Shown here: positions 1 through 10,448 of the stretch, in pieces
Layout of the letters: the number at the start of each line of letters is the position of its first letter
Numbering within the stretch: position 1 is the first letter of the stretch
The notes under the pieces: generated by a model
The model's database searches: none
Told to the model about the DNA's origin: nothing
The model's input: only the letters and a program-made list of their open reading frames with translations
Virus record (IMG/VR): IMGVR_UViG_3300030102_006261
Location: 78,161 to 142,160 of that record
Origin: a virus
DNA: 64,000 bases
Reading direction: 5' to 3' (one strand)
Translations under genes and position numbers: made by a program

Positions 1-2
1 TA

Positions 3-827
3 GAAAAAGATACAGGTAATATATCAGTGGATAGCGTAAAAGAATTGATTACAAAAAAAACTAAAGCAGTTTTATGTGTTGATTGGGCTGGTTTGCCTTG
101 TGATTTAATCGCTTTGCAGAAGTTGTGTCGTTCACATAATATTAGGTTGATACAAGATGCGGCTCATGCTTTTGGATCAAACTATGAGGGAAAGTCGGTG
201 TGTCACTTTGCTGATTTTACATGCTATAGCTTTCAGGCTATAAAGCACATTACGTGTGGTGATGGGGGACTTTTAGTTTGTGCTAATAAAGGAGACTATG
301 CTAGGGCTAAGAATTTAAAGTGGTTTGGTTTTGATCGAGATGGTTGTAAAACTTCTAAGGGGGAGTGGAAGGGTCAACGTTGGGAAGTTGATATAAATGA
401 GGCGGGGTACAAATTTTACATGAATAATGTGTCTGCTGCGATAGGGTTGTCGCAACTCAAACATATTGACAATGTGTTAAGCTCCCATAAAAATAATGCT
501 AAGATATATGCGAAATACTTCTCCGATAAATTTGAAGTAGAACCATTGACAGTCTCTATTGGTGGAGATCCGGCATATTGGGTTTATACGGTTTTACTTG
601 ATGAAAGTGTGGATAGAGACGGTATTCTGAAAAACTTAAATGATATGGGCATAGGTGCAGGTTTGGTTCATATACCCTGTCACAATTATAGTTGTTTTAG
701 TGAGAGTTTCACAGAGCTACCAATGACTGATTACTTTCACACACATCAATTATCGTTGCCTTGTGGGTGGTGGTTAACTGATTGTGATGTAAAAAATATC
801 ATCAATGAAATGGATGCTATGTTATGA
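3..827 (+). CDS. DegT/DnrJ/EryC1/StrS-family PLP-dependent sugar aminotransferase (5'-truncated by window edge)
   Basis: Motifs IQDAAHAFG, SFQAIKHITCGDGG (PLP lysine), GYKFYMNNVSAAIG, LSLP; frame is open back to position 3. Confidence 0.9.
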   Translation, partial: EKDTGNISVDSVKELITKKTKAVLCVDWAGLPCDLIALQKLCRSHNIRLIQDAAHAFGSNYEGKSVCHFADFTCYSFQAIKHITCGDGGLLVCANKGDYARAKNLKWFGFDRDGCKTSKGEWKGQRWEVDINEAGYKFYMNNVSAAIGLSQLKHIDNVLSSHKNNAKIYAKYFSDKFEVEPLTVSIGGDPAYWVYTVLLDESVDRDGILKNLNDMGIGAGLVHIPCHNYSCFSESFTELPMTDYFHTHQLSLPCGWWLTDCDVKNIINEMDAML

Positions 828-1561
828 CAATAACTTGTGGGATACTTTTTAATTGTAAACAAAAGTTTGATCCATACGTTGATTGGTTGTTGGAAAACCA
901 AGATGTTTATGGGTATACAGTTTATGGTATCCACGCATCAACAGACTATACCATACAACAGTTTATCAGATACAATGATTCATTTAAAACTTTTGATGAA
1001 GTGGTTGAAAATTCTGATATTATATTATCATTAGGTTATTGGAATATAATAGATAGTTCCACCATAAAAAAGATCCCTATGGGGATCATAAATTTTCATC
1101 ACTCATACAAGTTGAAATACAAGGGTAGACACTGCGCCACATGGGCTATAAAAAATAAAGAATCAGTGCATGGTAGCACCATGCACTTTATCGATGAAAA
1201 GTTAGATTGTGGTAAAATAATAGATACAAATTATTTTAAAATACAAGATTATCATACTTCCCAAGATCTTTTCACGAGAGCGACTGATGTTGGATTTAAT
1301 TTGTTGAAGGATAATTTCCCAAAAATAATTGGTAAAGAACATATTGAATATAAATCACATAGCGAAAAGTCTTTTTATAATAAAGAGGTTGATCTGAATC
1401 ATAAAATTGATGTCTCTACCTTACAAGACACAGATGAACTTTATAGGCATATTAGATCTTTAACTTTTGCTGGTTGTCCATCACCATATGTTGTTATTGG
1501 TGGTAAAAAGGTATATCTTAAGTTGGAGGGTTATGATACAGGGGTTTTACATGCAAAGTAA
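824..1561 (+). CDS. Formyltransferase (Fmt/sugar N-formyltransferase family)
   Basis: INFHHSYKLKYKGRH, GSTMHFIDEKLDCGKII, C-terminal IRSLTF..PY. Confidence 0.85.
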   Translation: MTITCGILFNCKQKFDPYVDWLLENQDVYGYTVYGIHASTDYTIQQFIRYNDSFKTFDEVVENSDIILSLGYWNIIDSSTIKKIPMGIINFHHSYKLKYKGRHCATWAIKNKESVHGSTMHFIDEKLDCGKIIDTNYFKIQDYHTSQDLFTRATDVGFNLLKDNFPKIIGKEHIEYKSHSEKSFYNKEVDLNHKIDVSTLQDTDELYRHIRSLTFAGCPSPYVVIGGKKVYLKLEGYDTGVLHAK

Positions 1562-2234
1562 TAATAGGTTTACTATAAAATATTATGATGAAATAATCAA
1601 AAAAGCAAAATCGAATGATTATGTTTTTGTTACTGTGCATGAATATTTTGATCTAGGTTGCCCTACCACGGGGTATTTTATTCTTAGACATGATTTAGAT
1701 AAACACCCACAAACATTACAGAAGCAATTGGATGTTGAAATTTCTAATGGTGTTCGTTCAACAATTTATGCGAGGGTCACTGCAAACGATTATAATGTTT
1801 TGTCATATCCAGTTTTAAAAATGTTAAGGAGTGCGGAGGATGATGGATTTGAAATTGGATTGCATACTAATTTTGTCGAATACGCAACAATAAATTCTTT
1901 AGATCCTATGAAGGTTTTGTCCATGGAGAATGAACTATTAAGTTCTTTTTTTGATGTGCGAGGTCTTGCTCCACACAGGGATTTAAATTATGCGTACAAC
2001 TCTCTTCCGTTCATAAAAAGAAATTGGAACCAAATAAAAACTATTGGTTTTGACTATGAGGCATATGATGATCAAATCTTTTCCTCTTGTGTGTACGTAA
2101 ATGAAGGTTTTAATCCACATCTATGTTGGAGAAATAACGCACCAGAAGATGTGATTGAGACTGGTGTTTCAATTTATATGATGACACATAACCACTGGTG
2201 GTATGATGAAAATCCATTCGAGGAGTGGAGATGA
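1551..2234 (+). CDS. Polysaccharide deacetylase-like (NodB/WbmS-like) protein
   Basis: LRHDLD, FEIGLH and terminal THNHWW metal-binding motifs; ATG at 1551 overlaps the upstream gene end. Confidence 0.7.
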   Translation: MQSNNRFTIKYYDEIIKKAKSNDYVFVTVHEYFDLGCPTTGYFILRHDLDKHPQTLQKQLDVEISNGVRSTIYARVTANDYNVLSYPVLKMLRSAEDDGFEIGLHTNFVEYATINSLDPMKVLSMENELLSSFFDVRGLAPHRDLNYAYNSLPFIKRNWNQIKTIGFDYEAYDDQIFSSCVYVNEGFNPHLCWRNNAPEDVIETGVSIYMMTHNHWWYDENPFEEWR

Positions 2235-2875
2235 AACTAGCATTACTTGGCTATAGAAAATGGGCATTAAATGCTTTTAGTCTTATTCAAAAAGAATATC
2301 CGATGCATGATTACACCGTGATCACGAATCCAGACGAGGTTGGAGATTTAGAGGATTGTGTTGTTTTAGGTGCTGGGTGGAGTTGGTTGATCTCTAACGA
2401 GTTTTTAGCTAAAAATGAAATAGTTGCATTGGTACATCCATCTGATTTACCTGAATATGCAGGGGGCACACCAATACAACATCAAATACTCGATGGACTA
2501 TTGAATACGAAGGCCACTTTGTTTGAAGTTACTAATAAACTTGATGCAGGACCTATAATCTACAAAACAGATTTCAATTTGTCTGGTAGCATGGATGACA
2601 TATTTGTTTCTCTAACCAAAGCAACCATGAATCTTTTTTCTAATTTCTTAGATAATTATCCTGACATACCCAGACGATCACAGAAAGTGGGTATGGTTCG
2701 AAAAAGGTTAACCCCCGATCAAAGTGAATTATCGGCTGATGACTTTAAAACTATGTCTGCACATGACATATATAATCATATTAGATGTAGAGAGTATCCT
2801 TATCCAAATGCGTATATTGAGGATCACTCAGGTAGATTATATTTTAGTAATGTTCGTTTTGAGAGAAGTGAGTAA
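2231..2875 (+). CDS. Second formyltransferase (Fmt-like)
   Basis: HPSDLPEYAGGTPIQHQI, LDAGPII, IYNHIRC..YPYPNAY; ATGA overlap with the upstream gene. Confidence 0.85.
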   Translation: MKLALLGYRKWALNAFSLIQKEYPMHDYTVITNPDEVGDLEDCVVLGAGWSWLISNEFLAKNEIVALVHPSDLPEYAGGTPIQHQILDGLLNTKATLFEVTNKLDAGPIIYKTDFNLSGSMDDIFVSLTKATMNLFSNFLDNYPDIPRRSQKVGMVRKRLTPDQSELSADDFKTMSAHDIYNHIRCREYPYPNAYIEDHSGRLYFSNVRFERSE

Positions 2876-2877
2876 AA

Positions 2878-3795
2878 TTGAAAGAAGATATAATTCAAAT
2901 TGGAATACCTTGTTTTTCCTACGAGGGTGATTGTGAAAACTACGTTAGATTTGTCATACAATCCATGGTTTTGACTGCCAATGATTCAACAAAGTTGGAA
3001 TTTTTAATTGGTCTAAATGGTGATGGTATTGATTTAAAGAAGATGTCTGGTGTGCATGATAACGTAAAGTTTATAGATGTGATTGGCGAGATTGAACGAA
3101 GAGTCGGTGATGCCCCGCATAAAACTAAGTTTACGACTTCATCATTAAATCATGGTGAATTATTAGACACTCTGTTTAAACATCTTGATTCTCGTTATGG
3201 TATGTGGGTTGATTCAGATATGGCATTTTTATGTCTTGATTGGGACATAAAAATGAAAGCTTGCTTAAATGAAAACTGTGCCATAGTTGGATTGACGTAC
3301 CCAAAAAATAGAAATAGATATGAGGATTTTCCTACTGTGATGGCTTGCATGTTTGATGTGGAAGTTATGAAAAAATTAAACATGACGTTCACCACGGAAA
3401 ATATGGGATCTGTTAGATCAACTCTTGTAGATCAAAATGAAAGTAAAATTTTTAATCAGCAAGTAGGATCCACAATAAATCTTGATAGCGGAGAAATGTT
3501 ACCTACTATTCAGCTTCACGGATACAGTGGTAAGCCCATACATAGTATTCATCTTTTTCAAGATGACGGTGTTAGAATTTTCTTGGATCGTGACTTAGAC
3601 GTTGCTAGGAGAAAATCACCAGTCAAAGGTGGGAATGGTAAAATTTGTGAGGGACATTTAGATGGTGAATTAATTTTAACGCACTTGTCGGAATCGCGGT
3701 ATAGAAAATACAATGATGATCCTTTGTCGATAATTTGGCTACAAAAAGTTCAACTTTGGCTCAAAGAAAAATGTGGTGTTGAGGTAGAGATATGA
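2878..3795 (+). CDS. Putative GT-A fold glycosyltransferase
   Basis: N-terminal IGIPC beta-strand, SLNHG, VDSD (DxD) motif; lies in the sugar cluster. Confidence 0.55.
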   Translation: MKEDIIQIGIPCFSYEGDCENYVRFVIQSMVLTANDSTKLEFLIGLNGDGIDLKKMSGVHDNVKFIDVIGEIERRVGDAPHKTKFTTSSLNHGELLDTLFKHLDSRYGMWVDSDMAFLCLDWDIKMKACLNENCAIVGLTYPKNRNRYEDFPTVMACMFDVEVMKKLNMTFTTENMGSVRSTLVDQNESKIFNQQVGSTINLDSGEMLPTIQLHGYSGKPIHSIHLFQDDGVRIFLDRDLDVARRKSPVKGGNGKICEGHLDGELILTHLSESRYRKYNDDPLSIIWLQKVQLWLKEKCGVEVEI

Positions 3796-4616
3796 AAAAA
3801 GTTGTTTCAGTGAAATACAGTGATGGATTTGGTAATCACATATTTCAGTACTGTGGATCTAGGGTATTGGCGGAAAAAAATGGATATGAGTTATCACATC
3901 ATGGCATACCAGAGTTAAATCTTAAAGACAATATTAGAGACGGTAGTGTTGGTGATACTAGATTTATTTTCAATGTGACAAATAATTTTGAAGACTACAC
4001 CTTATATAAGGATAGACTTGACGACATTAGATCATGGTTTCCAAAAGTAGAAAAAACCAACACTAAGGATCTGATATTACATTTGAGATTGGGTAACAGA
4101 ATAGCTCAAAATACTCATCATATGAATCATGTTGATTCTAAAAGATACTGTAGTGTCATTGAAACTTTTGATTTTGATCGACTGCACATCATAACTGATG
4201 CAGATAAATGGGATGTTCATGAAACAGAGGATGTTAGAAATCTGTACTCAGAATTACAATCATTCAATAGTGTTCGAGGATTCGATCCACGGCACAATTT
4301 GGTATCTGAGTCTACTGCGGTTGATTACATAAACGAACTGGTGAGTGGACTCTCTCATTATGATCCCATAATACACACAGAAAAAGCTGGTGTGATTAAA
4401 AATGAATCTGCCCTTAAAGCTAATTTTATAGATCATTTTAACTTCATTCGTTCCTTTGATAAAATATTATTTAAGGACAGCACGTTCTCTTGGTGGGCAT
4501 CAGTTTTGAGTGAGGCCACGGATGTCTGTGTATATGGTCCATGGAAACCAAATAAAGGGAAGAAAAATAAAAACTTAGGTAAAACAGATTATGCTGGATG
4601 GAGATCATGGTCATGA
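3792..4616 (+). CDS. GT11-like (alpha-1,2-fucosyltransferase family) glycosyltransferase
   Basis: DGFGNHIFQY, LHLRLG, STFSWWA motifs. Confidence 0.8.
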   Translation: MKKVVSVKYSDGFGNHIFQYCGSRVLAEKNGYELSHHGIPELNLKDNIRDGSVGDTRFIFNVTNNFEDYTLYKDRLDDIRSWFPKVEKTNTKDLILHLRLGNRIAQNTHHMNHVDSKRYCSVIETFDFDRLHIITDADKWDVHETEDVRNLYSELQSFNSVRGFDPRHNLVSESTAVDYINELVSGLSHYDPIIHTEKAGVIKNESALKANFIDHFNFIRSFDKILFKDSTFSWWASVLSEATDVCVYGPWKPNKGKKNKNLGKTDYAGWRSWS

Positions 4617-5677
4617 ATGAGATAATCGCAGATAGAGTTCGTAATATAGAAAAGAAAGTCGGTAAGAATCAACTGTATCCGTTAAATATTGTACCACCTA
4701 GACGGTTGATTCTTGATCGTATCCCAGAAAAAAGAAAGTTACTCGGAACAATAATTCCTGGCGCTCAGGAAACATATGTGTTTACTGAGCAAGAACCATA
4801 CTATAAAGATTATCAAGAAAGTTATTTCGGATATAATTGGAAAAAGGGTCAATGGGATACAGGGAGAAATCAGGAAATCATGATGAATGGTTGTGTCCCT
4901 TTATTCATGGATATAGATAAATGTCCTGAGTATTGTCTTATGCATCACCCCAAAGAAAAATATGAAAGCATTAGAAATCGATACGCTGGAAAATCTCTGG
5001 GATATATTAATAATTTTGATGGTGATGAATATGAGCAGGACTGTTTATGGTTGATGGATTACTGTAGAGAAAATTTAAACAGTGAGGCAATGGCTAAATT
5101 TTCTTTATCAGTAACACAGAATGAGAAAGTTAAAAATGTACTATTCATTACACTTGGTGATCGAGCAGATCAATTGAATGATTACATGTTTATCGGATTT
5201 AGAAATTTATTGGGGAGTGGTGTGGTTGAAACTAATAAATTGTGGTGGGTATATAAAGATGTTAATGAGGGATATACCTATAGAGGAACTAATGATGATC
5301 GAGTTCAGATAAATCCAAATGATCCAAATTTGTCAAAAAAGGACAGAGATGGTTTAGTAAAAAATAAAGTTAAGGTTACCGAGTTGCGTGGTGGTGGCTT
5401 TACTTACTCTGGTCATCTAGATGATGTTGATGTTGACCGGGAGAATATAGAGGATAAAATAAGAGATAAATATTATGATCTAATTGTTTATGGATCTTTT
5501 AATAGGTGCAAAGATCACTTAGATTTGGTTTTAGATAATTATGAAAAAGATAATATTTTCTTTTTTGATGTTGATGATGATGTAGTAAACAAAAAAATTA
5601 GACCTGATACGTATGAAAAATACAAAAGCAAAGGTATTTATTTTTGTCCAGATTTAAGGGTTATGCTGAATGATTGA
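4613..5677 (+). CDS. Hypothetical protein, probably glycan-related
   Basis: Long ORF coupled to neighbours; Y..S.FG..WKKG.WD..R..EI..GCVP.F segment resembles a GT-B C-terminal half. Confidence 0.5.
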   Translation: MNEIIADRVRNIEKKVGKNQLYPLNIVPPRRLILDRIPEKRKLLGTIIPGAQETYVFTEQEPYYKDYQESYFGYNWKKGQWDTGRNQEIMMNGCVPLFMDIDKCPEYCLMHHPKEKYESIRNRYAGKSLGYINNFDGDEYEQDCLWLMDYCRENLNSEAMAKFSLSVTQNEKVKNVLFITLGDRADQLNDYMFIGFRNLLGSGVVETNKLWWVYKDVNEGYTYRGTNDDRVQINPNDPNLSKKDRDGLVKNKVKVTELRGGGFTYSGHLDDVDVDRENIEDKIRDKYYDLIVYGSFNRCKDHLDLVLDNYEKDNIFFFDVDDDVVNKKIRPDTYEKYKSKGIYFCPDLRVMLND

Positions 5678-5697
5678 ACAAAAGGATGTGTGTTGAT

Positions 5698-6399
5698 ATG
5701 AAAAAACTAACGATTGTAATGACGTATTATAACCAAGATAAAATGCTCAAGAAGCAAATTGAAAATTGGAATTCATATTCCAAAGATATCAGAGATCAAG
5801 TGCATTTTATTTTGGTTGATGATTGTTCAATGGAAAATTCAACGGAAAGTTTTGATTTTTCTGGGTGTGATTTTGACCTTGATGTTTACAGAGTTCTTGA
5901 TGACGTTTACTTTAACGTTCCGGGTGCGGTGAATCTCGGTGCGGATAAAACGGAAACTGAGTGGTTTATCAAGCAAGATATGGATACAATTATTCCAGAA
6001 TACACCATGGATGAAATTATACAATTAACTGAATCTGCACCGGAGAAGTCTATCTACAAGTTTTATAGAATAAACGGCACAGAAATAAGCAACGCAAACA
6101 AAATTACCCCAGGTCAGTTTATGATTCGCAAGGATGATTTTTGGGATATCGGTGCTTGGGATGAGGATTTTTGTGAAGACTATGGTATGAATGATCCTGC
6201 GTTTTTCTGGAGAGCGTCCCAAGATAATTACACAGTCTTTGAAAGACACGATCTTCACGTTACTATTGATGGTGATGGTGAGTCTGACATAGAGAGAGAT
6301 TGCACGGTAAACTCTACTTTACTGGAGCAAAAGAAGTCTGGTCAAGTTGAGTGGTCGGATGATTATATCAGATTTAATTGGAAACAAATCGAAATATGA
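5698..6399 (+). CDS. GT2/GT7-like glycosyltransferase
   Basis: LTIVMTYYN, ILVDDCS, DMD, GAWDEDF..YG..D. Confidence 0.8.
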   Translation: MKKLTIVMTYYNQDKMLKKQIENWNSYSKDIRDQVHFILVDDCSMENSTESFDFSGCDFDLDVYRVLDDVYFNVPGAVNLGADKTETEWFIKQDMDTIIPEYTMDEIIQLTESAPEKSIYKFYRINGTEISNANKITPGQFMIRKDDFWDIGAWDEDFCEDYGMNDPAFFWRASQDNYTVFERHDLHVTIDGDGESDIERDCTVNSTLLEQKKSGQVEWSDDYIRFNWKQIEI

Positions 6400-7052
6400 A
6401 GATAGCTCTATACACGGTGAATATTGGAAACTACGATGAAAGAATCGTAGCTCCTGAGATACCCGGAGTTGATTTGTACATGATCACCGATGATGAGGAG
6501 GAAGTTCAGGTTCCCGGTTGGAGAATGAAATCTCCCATGGTTCTGTCGGACACGGCTAGAAAAACCTCAAGACATCCGAAAATTAATTCCCACTTATACT
6601 TTCCCGACTACGACTACACAATTTATATTGATTCTAATATGTTCATCAATAGACATCCAAAGTTTTTTATAGAAGAATTTCTTGGCGAACATGATATCGC
6701 TCTACACAAAAATCCATACCGATCATGTGCGTATGATGAAGCAAAAGAAATACGGGATGTTCTGAAGTATGAAGATCCAGACGTTGTTGATCAGCAAGTA
6801 GCACATATGCGGTTTAATGGTTACCCAGAACATAATGGTCTTGGTGCCTGTCATTTATTAGTGCGACGTAATACACCACAGATATCTAAATTAAACGAGC
6901 ACTGGTGGTCTATGGTCGCTCAGTTTAGTTACAGAGATCAGTTGAGTTTTAATTATTCTTGTTATAAAACTAATAATAAATATAAGGTAATAGAACCATA
7001 TAAAAAATATACGGTACAACAGAATCACAAAAAGAAGAAAGTGACTTTTTAA
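6396..7052 (+). CDS. DUF616/TOD1-like glycosyltransferase
   Basis: YTVNIGNYD, SRHPKI..H, IYIDSN, H..RSC.Y.E, RDQLSF. Confidence 0.8.
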   Translation: MKIALYTVNIGNYDERIVAPEIPGVDLYMITDDEEEVQVPGWRMKSPMVLSDTARKTSRHPKINSHLYFPDYDYTIYIDSNMFINRHPKFFIEEFLGEHDIALHKNPYRSCAYDEAKEIRDVLKYEDPDVVDQQVAHMRFNGYPEHNGLGACHLLVRRNTPQISKLNEHWWSMVAQFSYRDQLSFNYSCYKTNNKYKVIEPYKKYTVQQNHKKKKVTF

Positions 7053-7053
7053 A

Positions 7054-8058
7054 ATGAAAGTATTGATTACAGGTGTAGCAGGGCTTTTAGGATCTAGGTT
7101 AGCTGATTGGATTATAGAAAATAAACCAGAGTGTGAAGTTGTCGGTTATGATGATATGTCTGGGGGATATAAAGAAAATGTAAACCCCGAGGTTAAATTT
7201 TGGACTAGACACCAAGAAAATTTGTTAAACTCAGAGAATCTAAACTGGGTGTTCGAGGAAGAGAAACCTGATTATGTTTTTCACTTCGCAGCGTATGCAG
7301 CAGAGGGTCTTAGTCCATTTATCAGGAGTTACAATTATCAAAACAATACTGTATGCACCGCAAATGTTATTAATAATTGTATTAACCATGATGTTAAGCG
7401 TCTAGTTTTTACCTCTAGCATGGCTGTTTATGGTGATCAACAACCACCCTTTTCAGAGGAGATGGTACGATCACCCATTGATCCGTATGGTATTGCAAAA
7501 TCTGCGTGTGAGCAGGATATAGAAATAGCGGGTAAGCAGCATGACCTTGACTGGTGTGTTATTCGTCCACATAACGTATATGGTATCAAACAAAATATCT
7601 GGGACAAATACAGGAATGTTTTAGGTATTTGGATGTATCAACATCTCAATGGACAACCAATAACTATTTTTGGGGATGGAGAACAGAAGAGGGCGTTTAG
7701 CTACATTGATGATTGTGTCGAGTCATTGTGGAAAGCTGCGGTGGATTCAAGAGCCTCTAGAGAAATAATTAATCTCGGTGGTACGAAAGAATATTCGATC
7801 AATGAAGCCGCTAATATTTTACTTGACGTAATGGGCGGTGGTGAGGTAAAATACTTAGAGGAAAGACACGAAGCAAAATACGCTTGGTCTACACACCAGA
7901 AGTCATTGGATCTTTTGGATTACGAGGACAAGACTTCTCTTAAAGATGGTCTAACTGAGATGTGGAACTGGGCAAAAAAACAAGAAAATCGCGAACGTCG
8001 AGATTTTGATAAATTTGAAATTGACAAGGGAATTTATTCGTTTTGGAGAAAAAAATGA
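7054..8058 (+). CDS. NAD-dependent nucleotide-sugar epimerase/dehydratase
   Basis: GVAGLLG Rossmann motif, SSMAVYG, YGIAK, RPHNVYG, GDGEQKRAF. Confidence 0.9.
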   Translation: MKVLITGVAGLLGSRLADWIIENKPECEVVGYDDMSGGYKENVNPEVKFWTRHQENLLNSENLNWVFEEEKPDYVFHFAAYAAEGLSPFIRSYNYQNNTVCTANVINNCINHDVKRLVFTSSMAVYGDQQPPFSEEMVRSPIDPYGIAKSACEQDIEIAGKQHDLDWCVIRPHNVYGIKQNIWDKYRNVLGIWMYQHLNGQPITIFGDGEQKRAFSYIDDCVESLWKAAVDSRASREIINLGGTKEYSINEAANILLDVMGGGEVKYLEERHEAKYAWSTHQKSLDLLDYEDKTSLKDGLTEMWNWAKKQENRERRDFDKFEIDKGIYSFWRKK

Positions 8059-9140
8059 AAACAGCATTAGTTTGTGGAGCAGGTGGTTTTATTGGTGGAC
8101 ATTTAGTTCAAAGACTAAAGGACGAGGGCTATTGGGTTCGTGGGGTTGATATTAAAAACCATGAATACACGGATCTTCCGTGTGACGATTTTCAGATTCT
8201 TGATCTAAGAAGCGAAACCAATGTTAGACGAGCAATGAAAGCTGCTCTAGGCGATCTCAGTATTACATTCGACGAAGTATATCAACTTGCTGCGGACATG
8301 GGTGGTGCTGGTTACATTTTCACTGGAGACAATGATGCAAACGTTATGCATAACTCAGCGATGATTAATCTTAATGTCGCTAAGGTGGCTAGTGAGTTTA
8401 GTAACCCACCCAAGATCTTTTACTCTTCGTCTGCCTGTATGTACCCCGAGTATAACCAACTGGATCCAGATAACCCAAAGTGCTCTGAGGATTCCGCATA
8501 TCCCGCTGCACCCGACAGTGAGTATGGTTGGGAGAAGTTGTTCAGTGAAAGACTTTACTTCGCGTTCAATAGAAACTACGGGCTTGATATTAGAGTCGCT
8601 AGATTCCATAACATCTTTGGACCCCAAGGATCTTGGAACAATGGTAAAGAGAAGGCTCCAGCAGCTATGTGTCGTAAGGTAGCAGAAGTTGAGGATGGTG
8701 GAGAGATTGAAATGTGGGGAGACGGAGAACAGACTCGTTCGTTCCTTTACATTGATGAGTGTCTTGATGCGATGCGTAAGATGATGGAAAGTGATTTCAT
8801 GGGACCAATGAATATTGGATCAGAGGAGATGGTAACAATCAATCAGCTAGTTGATATTGTCAGTGATGTTTCAGGTAAGACAGTGAATATTAATCATATT
8901 GATGGTCCAACTGGTGTCCGGGGTAGAAACTCTGATAACGATCTTATGCGAGAAAAGCTAAATTGGAGTCCATCGAAGTCTTTGCGAGAGGGTATTGAGA
9001 AGACATACGCATGGATTAGTCGTAATGTCGAAATGGGATTAGATGATGTTGTTATGACAAACGAAGAAGCGATTGAAACTAATCTAAATACATACACAGA
9101 AACCGCAGAGTTAGATACTGCTGACAAGTTTTCATTATAA
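8055..9140 (+). CDS. GDP-mannose 3,5-epimerase-like extended SDR
   Basis: GAGGFIG, LAADMGGAG, YGWEK, RFHNIFGP, EKAPAAMCRK, GVRGRNSDN are characteristic of the GME family. Confidence 0.85.
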   Translation: MKTALVCGAGGFIGGHLVQRLKDEGYWVRGVDIKNHEYTDLPCDDFQILDLRSETNVRRAMKAALGDLSITFDEVYQLAADMGGAGYIFTGDNDANVMHNSAMINLNVAKVASEFSNPPKIFYSSSACMYPEYNQLDPDNPKCSEDSAYPAAPDSEYGWEKLFSERLYFAFNRNYGLDIRVARFHNIFGPQGSWNNGKEKAPAAMCRKVAEVEDGGEIEMWGDGEQTRSFLYIDECLDAMRKMMESDFMGPMNIGSEEMVTINQLVDIVSDVSGKTVNINHIDGPTGVRGRNSDNDLMREKLNWSPSKSLREGIEKTYAWISRNVEMGLDDVVMTNEEAIETNLNTYTETAELDTADKFSL

Positions 9141-9149
9141 GGATTCACC

Positions 9150-10448
9150 ATGGACAAACCAACAATTACATTATGCATGATCGTAAAAGACGAAACTCAC
9201 GTTATCGAAAGGTGTTTGAGATCAATCGCGCCCTTTGTGGATCGTTATGATATCACTGATACCGGATCGACTGACGGAACACCAGAAAAAATTGAAGAGA
9301 TTATGAAGGAGCTAAATGTTCCCGGTAAAGTGCATCTCTCAGACTGGAAGGGGTTTGGTGATCACGGTGAAAAGAAAGGCTCACGAACTGAGGCATTTGA
9401 AAACGCAAAAGAAGGTGGTGCTGATTACGCTTGGGTAATTGATGCTGATGATGAAATTGTTGGTGATCCTGACATTAGCTCCTTAGAGTTTGACTCTTAT
9501 GCGTTGTTAATTCATCGTGGTGATTACAGTTGGTGGAGAAATCAAATTTTTAAACTCTCTGCTGGGTGGAGATATGTTGGTGTTCTTCATGAGTACGCTG
9601 AGTGTATTGGTACACCTGAACCAAAAATTGGTAAATTGGGTGGTGATTACCATGTTCTAGCCAGAACAGAGGGTGCGAGAAATGTTGGTATTGATCCAAA
9701 GGAAAAATACGAACGAGATGCTAAGGAGTTAGAAAAAGCTCTTGAGGATGATCCAAAGAACGGCCGTTATCAGTTCTATCTTGGACAGAGTTACTTTGAC
9801 TCTCAGCAATGGGAGAAATCTGCCGAGGCTTATCAGAAACGAGCAGAGATGGGTGGATGGCCAGAGGAGTGCTATTTTTCATTACTTAGAGTTGCCATGT
9901 GTTACGCTCTACTTGGTAAACCATTTGAAGAGATACAGGAAAAATTTCTTCTTGCACACGCTGCTCGGCCGACTAGAGCGGAGGCTCTTTATCACTTAGC
10001 TAGAATTAATAGGCTGAATGGTAGACCAGCCATCGCATATGTATTCGCTAAAAATGCAGTAGAGATACCATATCCACAAGATGATATTCTTTTTGTTCAG
10101 GAGGACGTATATAAGTGGGGAGTCTTGGATGAAATTGGTGCATGTGCTTATTATGCAGGTAAGCCACATGTTGGATATTCTGCTTGCAAGAAACTCTTAG
10201 AAGACAACCTAGTTCCAGATGGTGAAGCAAAAGAAAGAGTTACGAAGAACTTTTCTGAGTATGAGCGTGTCTTAGGTGAAATTCATGCGGATGAATTTAA
10301 AAATAACATGGATCACGAGTTAGAGGCAATCAAAAAACAAAAAGATGAGATGGAAAAGAAGTTAGAGAAGAAAAAGAATCGGGGAGTTAAGAAGTCAACC
10401 AAAACTCCCGGAGCAAAGGGAAAAAAGAAAACTGTAAAGAGTAGGTAA
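9150..10448 (+). CDS. GT2 glycosyltransferase with TPR repeats
   Basis: LCMIVKDE, DTGSTDGT, IDADD, GVLHE, followed by TPR-like helices (FYLGQSY, RAEALY.LA). Confidence 0.88.
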   Translation: MDKPTITLCMIVKDETHVIERCLRSIAPFVDRYDITDTGSTDGTPEKIEEIMKELNVPGKVHLSDWKGFGDHGEKKGSRTEAFENAKEGGADYAWVIDADDEIVGDPDISSLEFDSYALLIHRGDYSWWRNQIFKLSAGWRYVGVLHEYAECIGTPEPKIGKLGGDYHVLARTEGARNVGIDPKEKYERDAKELEKALEDDPKNGRYQFYLGQSYFDSQQWEKSAEAYQKRAEMGGWPEECYFSLLRVAMCYALLGKPFEEIQEKFLLAHAARPTRAEALYHLARINRLNGRPAIAYVFAKNAVEIPYPQDDILFVQEDVYKWGVLDEIGACAYYAGKPHVGYSACKKLLEDNLVPDGEAKERVTKNFSEYERVLGEIHADEFKNNMDHELEAIKKQKDEMEKKLEKKKNRGVKKSTKTPGAKGKKKTVKSR

